A stretch of DNA of 64,000 bases from Euprymna scolopes. Its lineage: Eukaryota. The notes beneath the pieces are model-generated. The model was not told the DNA's origin and made no database searches. It worked only from the letters and a program-made list of their open reading frames with translations. A program made the translations under genes and the position numbers. The DNA is taken from NCBI GenBank assembly GCA_053919585.1, contig CM132819.1. One strand, given 5' to 3'. This document shows, one piece after another, positions 13,509 to 26,738 of this stretch; within the stretch, counting starts at the first letter, position 1, and every line of letters begins with the position of its first letter.

Positions 13509-14252
13509 TACAATTTAATCGTGTATAACACGGTCAATACTTGGAATTTACGCATCGCAATTCTGTTATCGTTCCCAAGATTCTGTACATATTTTTAGAC
13601 AATTTATTTATTTGTTGCTTCCTTACTTTATTTAATTGCCAATAAAATGCTGCTAACAAATAGCAGAATACGGTTTTCTCTCATAAAGTTCACCGATAAA
13701 CGTAATTCATTGCCTGAACGCAAAGTAATAAAACTGTTGAGAATAACTATTTCTCTTTTCAACCAAGATTAACAAAAGGACACTTGTCCGCAGACAGTTG
13801 AAAATAAATTGCACTATAAAACACTTTGCAACTCCTATTATTCATATGTCATGTTTGATGGCATAACAAAAGAGGAGTAAAATGGCCAAAGTGAACTTAA
13901 TTAGAAAATTTGAATAAGAAATTAATGGGAAATATAAATGATTTTTTAAGCTATCAGAATGATTTAGAAATTGAAAACAATTAGTAAATTTAAATATAAC
14001 ATTGCAGAAGCGAGAGATAAATGGATTAAGCGAGTAAAGCCGGCTGTCTACGAACCCATGATATGCCCGTATATAAGAGACTTATTATCCTAATTAGAGA
14101 AAATATCGTATATCCGGGTTATACTTATATGCTGGATTCTAATAGCCGGGTTAAAATGTACATTATCATAGGCTCTAATTTGGGATCAGAAAAATCTCTT
14201 GTATGCCTGTTTTTAGGTTTATCCGGGCCTCTTATATCCGGGTTACATTGCA
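13509..14252. mobile_element. Possible Tigger/pogo-like non-autonomous DNA transposon remnant
   Basis: The right end carries repeated tatatccggg motifs ending ..ttatatccgggttacattg (CAGT-type TIR-like). The matching left end is weak, and there is a faint HTH-psq-like peptide AKVNLIRKFE near 13885. Confidence 0.3.
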
Positions 14253-15520
14253 TAACATTAGAACTGAACAACGAATGCTTATCTGTATACAGTTGAATTA
14301 GTTAGCCCTTGTAGGTTTGTTACATTTTCGCATATGTTTTGCATATTTCTATTGCGTATAATAAATAAAAAAGCACGAATATTATATTGAAAATGTTCAA
14401 AATTGCAGGTTATCGACTTCAATGTTTTTAAGAGGTTTCACAAGAAACTCATGCTATGATTATCTTCTAACCAAATTCTTAACTCTCAATGCCAGACGAC
14501 TTTCTGTCACTTTATTTCGCAGTTAACTGTATGATTCTGGAGTAAGCACTCTGTCCAAAGACGGGCATGCTGTTTTCTACCTTTACTTTGATAATAAAGC
14601 TACTCAATTTATTCAAACCACATACAGTTCAGCAAGGTGGATATTCTAATATACTCTCATTTCACACAAGATAAGCCGACAATTCCGAGATACAAGATCT
14701 TGTTTTAACCCTTATTTCTATGAGGATAACTACCGCTTGAGTGAGTTTGAGAAGCAAATGGTTGTTTGACTCAACCTACATCCTATGAATAAAGAGGTAT
14801 TCGAAGAGTCAGTGAATTTATTTATTTATATATATATATATATATGGTTTATTTTATTCCCCCTTTGTTTCAGTATTTCCGTTGTAAATTAAGCTGTATT
14901 CCCAAGACTAAGAATCTTTCGATTTTGCCAAACGCACTTACATAACACTGATAATCCGAGAAACGCACCGACATAAAACTTATAATCCGAGAAATAGATC
15001 TGACCTAATAGCGAAAATCACTCTAGCAGAACGGTTGCGCGGTGGGAGACATGCTTTACAAGGTTACAAATATATAACTTGCGTATAATATCATTGATGT
15101 ATAACTCTGTAGTATATTTGCCTTTTTTATATCGATATATCTATCTTCCTGTGAATCTCCACAAAAACACCGAGCAGTTTTACGCGCCATATAATCTCGA
15201 TAGAAAAATTCATCTACATCTTAGCTGTTGCAAAATAGAAGCTTAAAACTAAATATGTACGGTATTATAAATGACACGGACGGACAATTAGAGCGCGACC
15301 CATCAATGAACTTAAGGCTTTTAATTTACGAATTCAAAAAAAGATATCTGATGAGGGCAAAAGGCTTATGCAATATGTTTATTGAATCAGATGCGCAAAG
15401 TTCTTCATATAATTACATCTGGAGTAAATAGTTTTCTTATTTCCATTGGAAATATGAGATTACGTTCAGCGATTAACACGATTTGCACGAATGGTGAGCA
15501 TACCGATAAAAACTAAAGAC

Positions 15521-15837
15521 ACTTATTTTGAATAAATATTAAATGAGAAATTTGAAAACTTTGAAGTGTCGAAAATAATGATAAAACATTTTATTTACTT
15601 TTATTGTTGTCGTAAGTCGAACATTTCGCTAAAAATATCATCGTCAGGTAAGAAGTCTGGCACGTGAATTTTTTTAACTAAGAAGGGGTTAATGCCTCGG
15701 AATAGAAGAGAAGAGACATATAGGCGTTGTTCCGTTGGTCGACGTGTGTGTTGCTCTAGTTTGGGACAGGAAGTTTAAAGTAAAGAAGAAACTTATTTTG
15801 AATAAAATTTAAATGAGAAATTTGAATATTTTAAAGT
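15521..15837. repeat. ~220-bp insert flanked by ~45-bp direct repeats, containing a decayed hammerhead-like core on the minus strand
   Basis: acttattttgaataaa..ttaaatgagaaatttgaa occurs at 15521 and 15791. Minus strand 15647-15612 reads CTGACGA tgatatttttagc GAAA tgttcgac. Confidence 0.6.
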
Positions 15838-17529
15838 TTTTTTTTAGTTCTTTCATTTTTTTTTAATATTGAAAACTCTAAAGCGATTAAAGTATTTCAT
15901 AATCTTTAATATTTACCTTTCTTTAGTATGTAGACATTATATTCAAAAGCTAATTAAGCTATATGCGTTTATAGAAATACTATGTAAATCTTAAACATAA
16001 TCCATACGTATTACTGAAAAAAAATATTGTGCATCTGCTGATTAATTTCATTGCACTTCTTATATAGGATATGCGTTGACATCTGATCGACAGAATTGTT
16101 TACATTCTAATATATAACGTATACATTAAACCTAGGCGAAATACTTCAGTTTAAGCGATGAGATATGGTTATGGTAAGGTTAGTAGTAAACTAGGCTTAC
16201 GCATAGTAAGGATATGTTAGTTAGCTATGTTAAGAGAATACGTTAAATGAACATATCAGATATTCGAATGCTAACAATCCGGTAGATCGCATATTAGATG
16301 GCCAAAAAAAAAAAATGGTAAACGGTGACATTTAGTCAAGCACCTATTAAAATGCATCACTGTTTTTTACTGTTTCTTCTATATCTTCTATTCTATCTTT
16401 TCTTCTTCTTCTTTTCTATTTTCTTCTTCTAGTCTACCTTCTATCTTTTTNNNNNNNNNNNNNNNNNNNNNNNNNNNNNNNNNNNNNNNNNNNNNNNNNN
16501 NNNNNNNNNNNNNNNNNNNNNNNNNNNNNNNNNNNNNNNNNNNNNNNNNNNNNNNNNNNNNNNNNNNNNNNNNNNNNNNNNNNNNNNNNNTGATTTTGAC
16601 CTTAATAGGATTAAAAATTGCGAGATTTCAGGCCAATATAATATGCACAAACTGCAGCAAAATATCTGAGCTGTGTTATAGGCTTATTACCTCTCCGCAT
16701 CCTTGATATTTTAAATCCCTATATGTTTTCTGCTGATAGTTCACAGCCAAAATCGGTTAAACTCAATGAAAGTGGTAAAACCTTTTCTCTTTATAAAAAT
16801 CCTCCTTCCCCGCGACAACTTAACACCGTTGCCGGATCGTTCACAAGGAACACTTACGAAGGAACAGCGGTTTTAGTTTTCTTTTCTTAGTAGTTGCTTA
16901 ACCTACTGGAATTAACCGAATCCAAGGGTTATTTATGCCATGTCATTTTTTTTGTAGCTTTTCGCGGTGTTTTGTGGTTTTTGGTTTTTGATTTTTGGTT
17001 TTCCGAACATGTATTTCCATTATTATTTTTTTGTTTTTCCGATTTCTTTTATAAAGAAGTTTTACGTTTGTTCGCTGTCTTCTTTTTTCTTTTTTTTTTT
17101 TCGTGTTGCCGATGTTTTTAACGAAATCACCTTCTACGTATTTTGACAAGAAGCTAAGTACATAACATACTCTGATATTTCTCTTCATTTTTGTCTCGTT
17201 GATTATTTAAAATCTATATAATTATAAAACTCATATGAACTATTAACGAGTGATGTAACACACTTTCCGGTTTACGACATCCGGTTGCGTATGCGCGCAT
17301 AAACATTAACCCATAACAAGGTAAACAAATAAACACAAATCGCTTCTTTTGCAGATTTTGATCTGTGCACTGAATTATTAACTTTATTATTTCGAAATTA
17401 TTATTTAATATGGGAGGTGTGGGGGTGGTTTGCAACTATTCTTTATTACAACTATACTGTGGCTATTTTCTTATAACTAAACAACTTAAACCTGTGACAA
17501 ACATAAGAACAATTGTAGTAAAGACCGGG

Positions 17530-17530
<1 letters not shown>

Positions 17531-17577
<47 letters not shown>
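17531..17577. repeat. (CTA)n trinucleotide microsatellite
   Basis: About 15 perfect units; the source of the poly-Leu ORF. Confidence 0.97.
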
Positions 17578-17814
17578 TTCTCTATCCGTCTATTTTCTTT
17601 CCTACTTCTTTTTATTTTTTTTTACATTTCTAGATACAAAATAGTTGTGTGAGAACGGTGAATTTGTTGACACATTTACTAATCTGTTTCAATATTAATT
17701 TTATTTTATTTTATAAATTTAGGCTTCATTTTTTTGCTTCAGGTCTTATTAATTTTTTATTTTATTTTAAGTTTCTATAATTTGTTGAAGGATTCCAATA
17801 TAGGTTTTTCATTC

Positions 17815-19030
17815 TTATATGACGAGATCCCTGGCGAGACCAGACGATCTTGCTTTTCAAATAGAGGAAGAGAAAATGGGAGAGGAAAACAGATGTTTAT
17901 GAGATTCCTGTCCACAGAAAAGAGTAAATAGTTCAATGAGAGAAGAAATAGTGAATATTTCGATGGGAAATAAATAAATATGATAATGAGATTCTCGAGT
18001 TGGCCGAAAAAGCAATACAGGGTCGTTTTCTGGTTTAGGTTAGAACAACAATTCAAATTATTAAAGAAACAATGTTTTGCTGAAAGGTACAATGACTTGG
18101 GTTCAAAAGGTCTCTTTTGGTGTCTGGGGGGTATTGTCGTTGGGTCCATCTGTTGTATTTTAACTGCCAGATCACCAGCAAGTGATAAGTTAGTTGGACA
18201 GATAGATAAATAAATTGAACGTAGGGAGAGATATGGTCATGAAAGACGGAGAAGAGAGAAAAGAAAGAGAAAATTAAAAGAATAAAATAATGAGTTAACG
18301 AGAGAAAGAAAAGAATAAGATAATGGAAAAGAGAAGAATAACTCCAAAAAGGCAGAGGGAGGAATTTCTGATTTGATAAAAACGATTGACTTTTTGGAGT
18401 CAGAGTCCAGAGTCGCTTTTTACTGACTGGCATCGAGACGTACATATCGCTCTCACCCAGCCAGGGAGAGGGTCGAAACCCTCATAAGAGCTAAGTTGAA
18501 AAGCTCTTGTTCTTAGCTGGGAAATAGATTAGTGGAACAAGTATGCAACCTGCATCATGAAGCTTGAATCAAAGAACCTGACTAAACAAGTTTAAACCGA
18601 TTTATGAATAATTATTTTGTTTCGTTATATAAAAATGTCCCAGAGTTTTTCCTTGTTTCTCGCTTTCCGGCCTGAATGAAGATACAGTTTGTTTCCGCGG
18701 AAGCCAGATGATGAAGGAGAAAGACTGGATCCAGCACGAAGCCAGAGTGACGACCGAAATCGACAATGTTGCCACACGAACTTAGGGTCATGCACATTTC
18801 GCGTGCCCTGAGCAGCAGAAAATATTTTCCAGTGACCAGTGATAGTCTGGTCACCCTTGAGGGGTCCACTACTAGAAAAGAAAGAATATAGCCCTGCTGG
18901 GTTGCATCTATGGTCCTGTGAGCTGGGAGCGACGAACACGGCCAGAAGTACATCACAAGTATGCGCCGATGAATCAGGATAGCGACGGATGCGGCCCGGC
19001 CCTCCGGTGAAGAGGGGGTTAGGGTATTTT
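17815..19030 (-). mobile_element. Probable decayed Penelope-like element remnant
   Basis: The minus strand gives ..IWQLKYN.. and ..YLSAKHCFFNNLNCCSNLNQKTTLYCF, resembling the tail of the PLE GIY-YIG endonuclease (IW.LK..CL.EK..I..LN.K.EL). There are also pyrimidine-rich tracts and hairpins at 17822-17852 and 18390-18417 that look like eroded hammerhead stem IIs, plus a GC-richer block at 18650-19030. Confidence 0.35.
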
Positions 19031-19324
19031 ATACTTATGTCTCTCATCGGTTGGTTCATGTGCGTTTTTGCTGCTGAATTACTTTCGTCGGCGTTCGATT
19101 CGTAGAAAAAGAATGTTTAATTTTCGATTTTTGAGTGATTATTCGGAAAAAAATAGGTAACTTTACACGAATAGGGTGAATTTTTTCATGTTTGTGTGAT
19201 CCCTCCGTGATTTTTCATTTTAATATACTTTCATAGAAATGTTTCTGTTATGTCAAAAAACAACTATTTTCTTTACGTCACAAGTGTCACGCTCATACAT
19301 TAATTCCATAGCTAATATAACATA

Positions 19325-19351
19325 CTGACCCAACGGTCACGGGTTGTCTAG
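19325..19351 (+). mobile_element. Helitron 3' terminus (hairpin + CTAG)
   Basis: A tgacc-caac-ggtca hairpin is followed 8 nt later by CTAG and then T. The 5' end was not located. Confidence 0.55.
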
Positions 19352-20867
19352 TATAATTATAAATTGGGGGGATTCTTGATTTGCCCTCATACAGTAATTG
19401 CATTTTTAGGGGAGCTTAGTGTTTTATTACAGTCAAAGGTGATATTTTGTCATATTTATTTTCTAAATATTTGATGTGCTTTCCTCCAGATTTCTTTTAA
19501 TGAATCTTGTTTTAGGAGGCAGGAAATATAACAATTTCATTTATAATAGTTACTTTATACAGCACATCTACCGGAATGTGGCGTAAAGGTGTGAACCTCT
19601 CCACAAACAGTTATCAGATATTGTATAATTTGGTCTAATCTAACTTATTCAAGTGTGCTATTATAAAACAACACTTTTAAAATAAAATAGATTTGATTTA
19701 AGGAGATGTGCAGAGATAAAGCGTTTATTTGTAGTATTTATTGAAATATATTTATTAAATTATATCTTAGATATTCACCAAAAAGACGAANNNNNNNNNN
19801 NNNNNNNNNNNNNNNNNNNNNNNNNNNNNNNNNNNNNNNNNNNNNNNNNNNNNNNNNNNNNNNNNNNNNNNNNNNNNNNNNNNNNNNNNNNNNNNNNNNN
19901 NNNNNNNNNNNNNNNNNNNNNNNNNNNNNNNNNNNNNNNNNNNNNNNNNNNNNNNNNNNNGATATTGTTCAAACACCCAATCATATATCTGGGGCCTCAT
20001 TTATTTATCAAACATAATTTTAATCTCCATTTTGCTTATTTTTGAGTGTTTTTAATGCACCACACACTCACGAGATAAGATAGTTTTAAATTGCATTTCC
20101 GCCACCACATTTGTGGACTGAATTGTTGATTTATTTTCATTTCCATGCGACTTAATATATCTATATAAAACTATGTCGGTCTCATAGTTTGCCATTCTAT
20201 TTAATGTATTTACTAAAGATTAAAGACGGGAATGTTTTTCCATGAAAGTGTTTCTGTGTAAATACCTGCAGTTGTACTTGATAAACACAATTTTTTAAAC
20301 TTCTTCAAAGTCTTTTACTACTCAGCCTAGAAACCCCGATGTCCGTCATATTCAAGGCTCATACAAAATTTTCGTTGGTCTGTCCGTTTCATTCAGACTC
20401 TCAAGTTTCAAATAGAATTTTTCTTTTATTCGACAAAGTAAGGCGTATAAGATTATTTTGGTTAGTTAAAGCTAATTCTCAGATGGGTTTGTTGATAATT
20501 TGTTGCATCGTTACAATATATATCTGTATTTTCTCTCGTGATTTAAAGTAAATGTGTTGCTAGGTTTTAGAGACTTACTTTCGGACTCTTTTACGACATA
20601 TTTGTAAAAGGTTTGCTGCCTTTGTGTCCCACTTATTATACATTTGTTTTCGTTTGTAAGGATAAATTCTGCCATATGATTCCCATATCCCTGTGCATCT
20701 CTGACCAAAGAGCTTCTCATAATATGTTCGTTTTCCGCCACAACTAAGTTACTATATATATTTCACTTTACTTTCACAACTGAGTGTCAAATAACATTTT
20801 TATTAGTCTGTCACGACGAAGTGACGAATATATTTTCAGCATACTAATTGTAAATAAATGTTCGCAC

Positions 20868-21218
20868 TTTTTCAGATCCGAGTTGGTTATTTCTAGTATC
20901 GCAATGAAACGTTCATGAGAATTGGAAACGACATCAATTTCGATGAATACTTTATCAACTCATTGATCAAAATTGATGTCATTTGCAATTCTCGTTGAGT
21001 CAATGCAAATGAACCATTGATCTCAAGAAAGTGGACATTTACCTTGATAAGAGCGAATCATCTCTGCTAATGGTCAACAAGAAATGAATACAAATCTTGA
21101 TGACTGAGTAGAGCTCTCGTCTTAACTGAACGTGTGATTTTGAATAATTCACGATCAAACGATCAATCACGAGAGATGGTCTTGCATTGTTGAATAATGA
21201 TGCAGTAGGATCTGGGAA
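20868..21218. repeat. Nested inverted repeats (MITE-like)
   Basis: 28-bp arms gagaattggaaacgacatcaatttcgat (20917-20944) and atcaaaattgatgtcatttgcaattctc (20966-20993). Weaker outer arms are ttcagatcc../..ggatctgggaa and caatgcaa..ccat../..atggtcttgcattg. Confidence 0.6.
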
Positions 21219-22472
21219 TTTACTGCAGAGTATTTACTATCACGTAAATGATGAATACAGAATTATTTCCTTAGTTTTTCTACGACCACTTTAGCTGATA
21301 TTTTTTTGTTTGAATCAATAGTCAAACCTTAGAATATAATAAGAAAAATATAAAAAATAGAAAAAAAGGCATTGACACGTGCAACCTATAAATATTTTGC
21401 ACTAACATTTATATAAGTAGACTTAGTTAACTTATAAATAAGAAACAATAGAAATCAATTGGAAGGTGTATTAAACATCAAACTTAGTTAAATAAGATAA
21501 AGGGCATTCATTGTATCATTAGTGGCATAGATACACGGTTTTATTTCTGCATTCATTTTAGATAAAGGAAGATAGCGGATTCGTTATTTCTTGCATCCTT
21601 TCCAATACAAATGTAAAAAGATTTCATTCAGATCGGATTCTGCACTAGTACACATCATGAAAATACTCCCACACTCATGCATACAGTTATTTAAACATAC
21701 ATACATGTTAAATATAATCATAATTCTGTATGCTAGAGCGTTTGTGAATGTCAATAAGTTTGCGGGTCTTATTTTATTTTCCCAAGAATTTACACACTAG
21801 TTCTATTTATTTTGTATAGGGGTTAATCTTGTTTTAAATTTAACTTCAATAAACCAATTGTTAAAGGGTATACGCGGCCTGGCTCTGCATTCTTCCAAGT
21901 GTCAGTTTTAAGTATGTATTTCTGATTCTTTATTTTAAAATATGTTATTACCTATTCAATCTTAATATAATCATGGATGAATTACTAGGCAATATATGTT
22001 CCATCTAACAAATCACCTCAATCTTTTAATTCATATTGACTTTCTTATTGTATTTGATGTGGAATTTAAACCAAGCTTTATTATAAAGCAGACGATTATT
22101 TAAACAATGATAAGTAATTTAATCATTCTTATGATTAAATTATATATGAAAGTTTCTTAAACAAACATTCTTAAAAGATCAGTGCTGTTGATATAAACGC
22201 ATACAGTATCCGGATAGTTAGTTAAACCTGTTATTAATAAACATCTTAGAAATCTTGTTAGAAAAATCAATATAATTTGGAATGGGAAATATTATTATAG
22301 TTTAAACAATCACCGTATAACTGCTGGTTGTTATGCCATATCTGAGTGATTTACGAATAAAAAACAGGTAAAGTTGGAGGGCAATATCTTTACGTATATG
22401 AAAGAAATTGAAGCACATAGTACACCGAATTTTCAATACTTGTGTGATATACACAGATAGACACACACACTC

Positions 22473-22552
<80 letters not shown>

Positions 22553-22553
<1 letters not shown>

Positions 22554-23408
22554 TAGCATTTCAGTCCGGCGTGGCCCGGGTGTTTTGAGGTGTATGTTGA
22601 GTAAAAAAAAAGTGGAAGTAGAAAGGCAGGCTCGAACCAGTGCCTCGAAGAAGGAAAAGACGGGGGAAAACCTGACGTCCTGGTACGACCACCGAATAAC
22701 CAGAATTGACTAATGTTTAAATTAAGGCTAGACAATAGAAAGGAGAGGATGACTTAAAAAATATCGGCGAAAAAACCGACCCCCTGGAGAAATGTGTCCA
22801 GTTGAAGGTGAAGATATTACTGTTTTTAGCCACTTTTTCGATATTTGTCGTCTGAGAGGTGGAACTTAGAAACGATACTGATCTTGGTAAAATCAGTCGC
22901 TACTGTAAAAAGTTTTAGGCAGAAAAGCAAACATACATGCATACATTTATATGTTATTAGCTAAACATTTTCGAACAAAACCGATTAAAACAGCTTGCCC
23001 TATACCTCAATACACTTTATGTCAAATTTCAAATGTTTATACCAGAAATTGTGTGAGTTATTTGGTAGAGACCACAAATTTGACCCCTATTATGACCCCT
23101 GAACATTTACTGTCTTGGGCTCAAATCAAGATATCAAGTTATATCCATGTCCAAGGAACCTATATCTAAAATGTCAAGTATTTGGCCCAAAATTATCAGA
23201 GGAGTTTGGTAGAGTTCTTAAAGTTCGAATGGTTGAACTTGGACCCCTTACAGCCAAATTTTGGGTCGAAGACGGATTACAATGATTTCTCCAAATCTCA
23301 GTAGTCTGTATATAAAATTTCGAGTCAGTAGACTAAAAATTGACAGAGTTATAGCGTAAGAAACTGTACACAGACACACAGATACAAAGTCACGTTCAAT
23401 TTTATAGA
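22553..23408 (-). mobile_element. Non-autonomous Helitron, copy A
   Basis: On the minus strand it begins A|TC (23408) and ends with the GC-rich hairpin cccgggccacgccgga ~10 nt before CTAG|T (22556-22553). It abuts a (TA)n tract. Confidence 0.8.
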
Positions 23409-23412
23409 TATA

Positions 23413-23823
23413 CTAGAATTTCAGCCCGCCTTTGGCGAGGTTTTTGGATGTGTTTGTTGAGCAAAAATTAGTGGTAGTAGGAAGGCAGGCTCAAAGCCGT
23501 ACCGAGAAGGAAGAAAAGAACGGGAAAAAGTGACCTCTTTGCTGTTACGATCACCGACAAATCGGAAGTGACGTAGGTTTAAATTAAGAATAGACAATCG
23601 AAAGAGGGAATAACTTTCGAAAATATCGGAGAAAAAAGCGATCCCTTCCGGTAGAAAAGTGCCGAGTTGAGAGTGAAAACAAATCATGTTTTTAGTCAAG
23701 TTTTCGATATTTGTCGTCTGAAAGGTCGAACTTCAAAACGATACTGATTCATGGTAAAATCCGTCGCCTCTGTCGAAAGTTTAAGACAGACATGCAAACA
23801 TATATATATATATATATATATAT

Positions 23824-23860
<37 letters not shown>

Positions 23861-24290
23861 TCGCTCAAATTTTCGACCTAAACCGATTAAAAAGCTTGTC
23901 CTGTCTCTGGATACCCCTTATATAAAATTCCAAACATTTAGATTAGAAATTGTCTTAGTAATTTGGAAGAGACCGCAGAGACCAATTTTTTTAAAAGTGT
24001 GCCTCCTATTATGATCTCTGAACATTTATTGTTTTGAGCTCCAATCAAGTTATTAAGTTTGATCCATGCCCATTAGCCAATATCTAAAATTTCAATTGTT
24101 TATAACCAAAATTGGCGGATGAGTTTGGTAGAGCTCTCAAAGGTCACATCGTTGTACTTAGACCCTTTGAAAGCCCAATTTCTGACCGAAAATGAATTAC
24201 AAATAGTTTTCCAAATCTAAGTACGATGTATATTCAATTTGGAGTCTATAGACATAAACTTAACAGAGTTATTGCGGATTTTACTTTTTG
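23413..24290 (-). mobile_element. Non-autonomous Helitron, copy B (head-to-tail with copy A)
   Basis: Colinear with copy A (actag..tttcag.cc, gaaggcaggctc, ttttcgatatttgtcgtctga, aaacgatactgat, aaccgattaaaa.agcttg, gagtttggtagag). CTAG is at 23413-23416 and there is an internal (TA)n expansion at ~23800-23856. Confidence 0.8.
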
Positions 24291-24301
24291 CCGCTACTAT
24301 A

Positions 24302-25788
24302 CACTGCTGATCAAAAATTTAAGACCATTTTAAATCTTTATAAACACTTTTATTAAGGGTAGACTTAAGGATACCAATACTGCAATCTAAAAGGTTATTT
24401 CAAAGATTTATTTTTAAAATTTACATTTTTATTTAATTAGACATTTTACACATGATTAAAATTATAAGACCAGAGAAAAAAATTGTATTAAATTGTACAA
24501 AAAGTGTATGAAAAGTGTATAAAAACATTCAACAATCAAACATAATAATGAGTTCTAACTCTACTGCCCTTGCTGCCTTCAAAAATTCTATTGGCATGCT
24601 AGAAATTAGCGTTTCCATTACGGTGTGGCTATCCTGCCCCATAATCTGAAGACGGCTTCACGAAGTTCATTTTCAGTTGAATATTGATTGCTATTTCGAT
24701 AAATCTCTTATCATCCATCGCAAAACATTTTCAATTCGCTCAAGTCCGGTGATCATGCAGGATGTTCCAAGAGGTAGACTCTATTTTCTTGTAGAAAGCC
24801 CAAGATCCGTCTTGCAGTGTTGATTGCACAATTATCCTGTTGGAATAACGATCACTCCTCACAAACGATGACACCCATCATCAAAGACGCTTTTTGCAGA
24901 ATGACTACATTAGAAGCTGCTGTCTGACGACCCTGCACCACCTGGAGTTCCGTCATCCCTCTGTAGGAAAAGGTACCACTATACCATTACGGACTACCAC
25001 TACTATAACGCGTGGAAAAAATCAAGGGGCATGTTTTCGTCATGCCAATATCGCCGGAAGCCATCTAAATTCAATTATCCGCATCACAAAACAGGAATTT
25101 CTTCCCCTTCCCAGGTTTCGTATTCACGACCAAATCTTAAGCTGTCAACTTTGTGAGGTGGAAGCAATTCAGAAATTTGTTCACGCTTTTTATTTACTGT
25201 GTCTTTTTTGTTGTAGGCGTGGTCTTATGGTTATTGGACTGCAATCATCATTTCTAACCGCCTTAATTTTATTAAAAGAAAGGCTTCTGTCATTCATAAC
25301 AACCCATTTATTCTTCTACTCAATGTAGGAGAAATTAGGGTAGGGGCGACTACCAAAGCATTTTGCTTTTCAATATTTCTCAGTGTTCTTTAGAAAGTTG
25401 CAAATGACAGTTTTACTGCTTTTTACCTTAGCTGCTATCGCTCGCTGTGACAAACATTGTTTATAGAATCCTAGAATTCGAGACTGCTCAGCTTCAATTA
25501 GTTTTTTGGCAACACCTTTACACAGTGATTGCCAATCTCAAACTGAACTAAAAACATTACGATTGTCATAAATCTAACAATTTATACTCTTAATCTTATA
25601 ATTTTGAACATGTGTAAAAATGCCTAATTTAACAAAAATGCAAATGTTAAACTAATGTTTTGGAATGTATCTTTTTGTTTCCATAACCTTTTAGATTAGT
25701 ACTAGTAACCTTAAGTCGGAAGGGTTTAAAATATATCCTTAAAAGAAAGGGTACTTTTTAAGTGATGTTAAATATTTGATCAGCAGTG
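24302..25788 (-). mobile_element. Decayed Tc1/Tc3-like DNA transposon (DD34E-type) with long IR-DR terminal repeats and TA target duplication
   Basis: TA|cactgctgatcaaaaatttaag ... ttaaatatttgatcagcagtg|TA. The minus strand encodes GVAKKLIEAEQSRILGFYKQCLSQRAIAAKVKSSKTVICNFLK (Tc3-like HTH), NLDG..RRYWHD, FQQDNCAINTARR and HPA*SPDL..IENV, with stops and frameshifts. Confidence 0.92.
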
Positions 25789-25790
25789 TA

Positions 25791-26150
25791 TGTATGTCTG
25801 CCCACAAACTTTCGACAGAGGCAGTGGATGTTTAGAAAATCGGTATCGTTTTGTAAGCTCGAAACTTTGGACGACAAATATCGGAAAATCAATTCCTTCA
25901 CTTTCAACTGGGCAGCGTTCTACAGGGATGGGTTGCTTTTTTTTCGAAGATATTTTCGAAAGTAACCCTTATTTGATTTACTAGTCTTAATTTAAATTTT
26001 GTAACTTCCGGTTTGGCGACATCCACAATAATAGCAAAGACGTTACGTTTTTTTTTTCACTTTCTCTTCCTTATTTGCGGTACAGGATTGAGCCGGCCTG
26101 CCTACTACCACTTAATATTTTTTGGCATACGACACACCTCCAAACACACA
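25791..26150 (+). mobile_element. Partial third copy of the same Helitron, opposite orientation
   Basis: aaactttcgacagagg, gacgacaaatatcggaaa, tttcgaagatattttcgaaagt and gagccggcctgcctactaccac are reverse complements of segments in copies A and B. Confidence 0.75.
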
Positions 26151-26159
26151 ACCACGTCT

Positions 26160-26410
26160 GTGTAACACAGACTGGGGTTCCAACTCTTTTTGGAGGTTTG
26201 CCCCCCGGGCCAAGATCAAAGTCTAGTATCTGTTCCGACCGATACTACAAGCAAAAACCATATGTGGGGGAATCCCACGGACAATACCTTGGTCAGTGTA
26301 GGGGTAACCCTTCATACCAATTGTCACTATCCAGATCCCATACTCCCCGGCCTTGTGCCTTATTTGCTCGGAGGGGAAGTACATAAATACACGGTGTCGC
26401 CCAGATAAAT
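26160..26410 (+). mobile_element. GC-richer LTR-like fragment
   Basis: Starts TGTAACA, has a TATA-like tacataaatac near 26380 and raised GC content. No partner LTR was seen. Confidence 0.25.
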
Positions 26411-26455
26411 GTGTTGACTGCAGTACAGACGGTCGCGTATCAATCCTGGCTTGAG

Positions 26456-26523
26456 GTAGTTTCCTGTCTAGCCGCGCTGATGAGCTATAAAAATGCGAAA
26501 TACTTCTGTATGCGGTTGACTAT
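26456..26523 (+). ncRNA. Type I hammerhead ribozyme, copy 1 (catalytic core intact)
   Basis: gtagtt-tcctgtct-agccgcg CTGATGA gc-tataaaaat-gc GAAA tacttct GTA tgcggtt-gactat. Stem I agccgcg/tgcggtt is extended by gtagtt/gactat across an internal loop, stems II and III are short, and cleavage is predicted after A26510. Confidence 0.8.
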
Positions 26524-26738
26524 AATGCTCCTAATCTCGAATTGATCATATTGAGAAGTGATACACGAATTACCATTAGCGTATAAACGATGCTCTATGT
26601 ACAAAAAAATTAAGCTTAGGTAGTTCGGACGATGTCAAAACATCGTCAAACTCACGACTCACACAGCAACCGCCGATAGTGTTGTGGTTTGGAGCCTTGA
26701 CTGTCGTACAGACGGTCGAGTTACAAGCCTGGCTTGAG

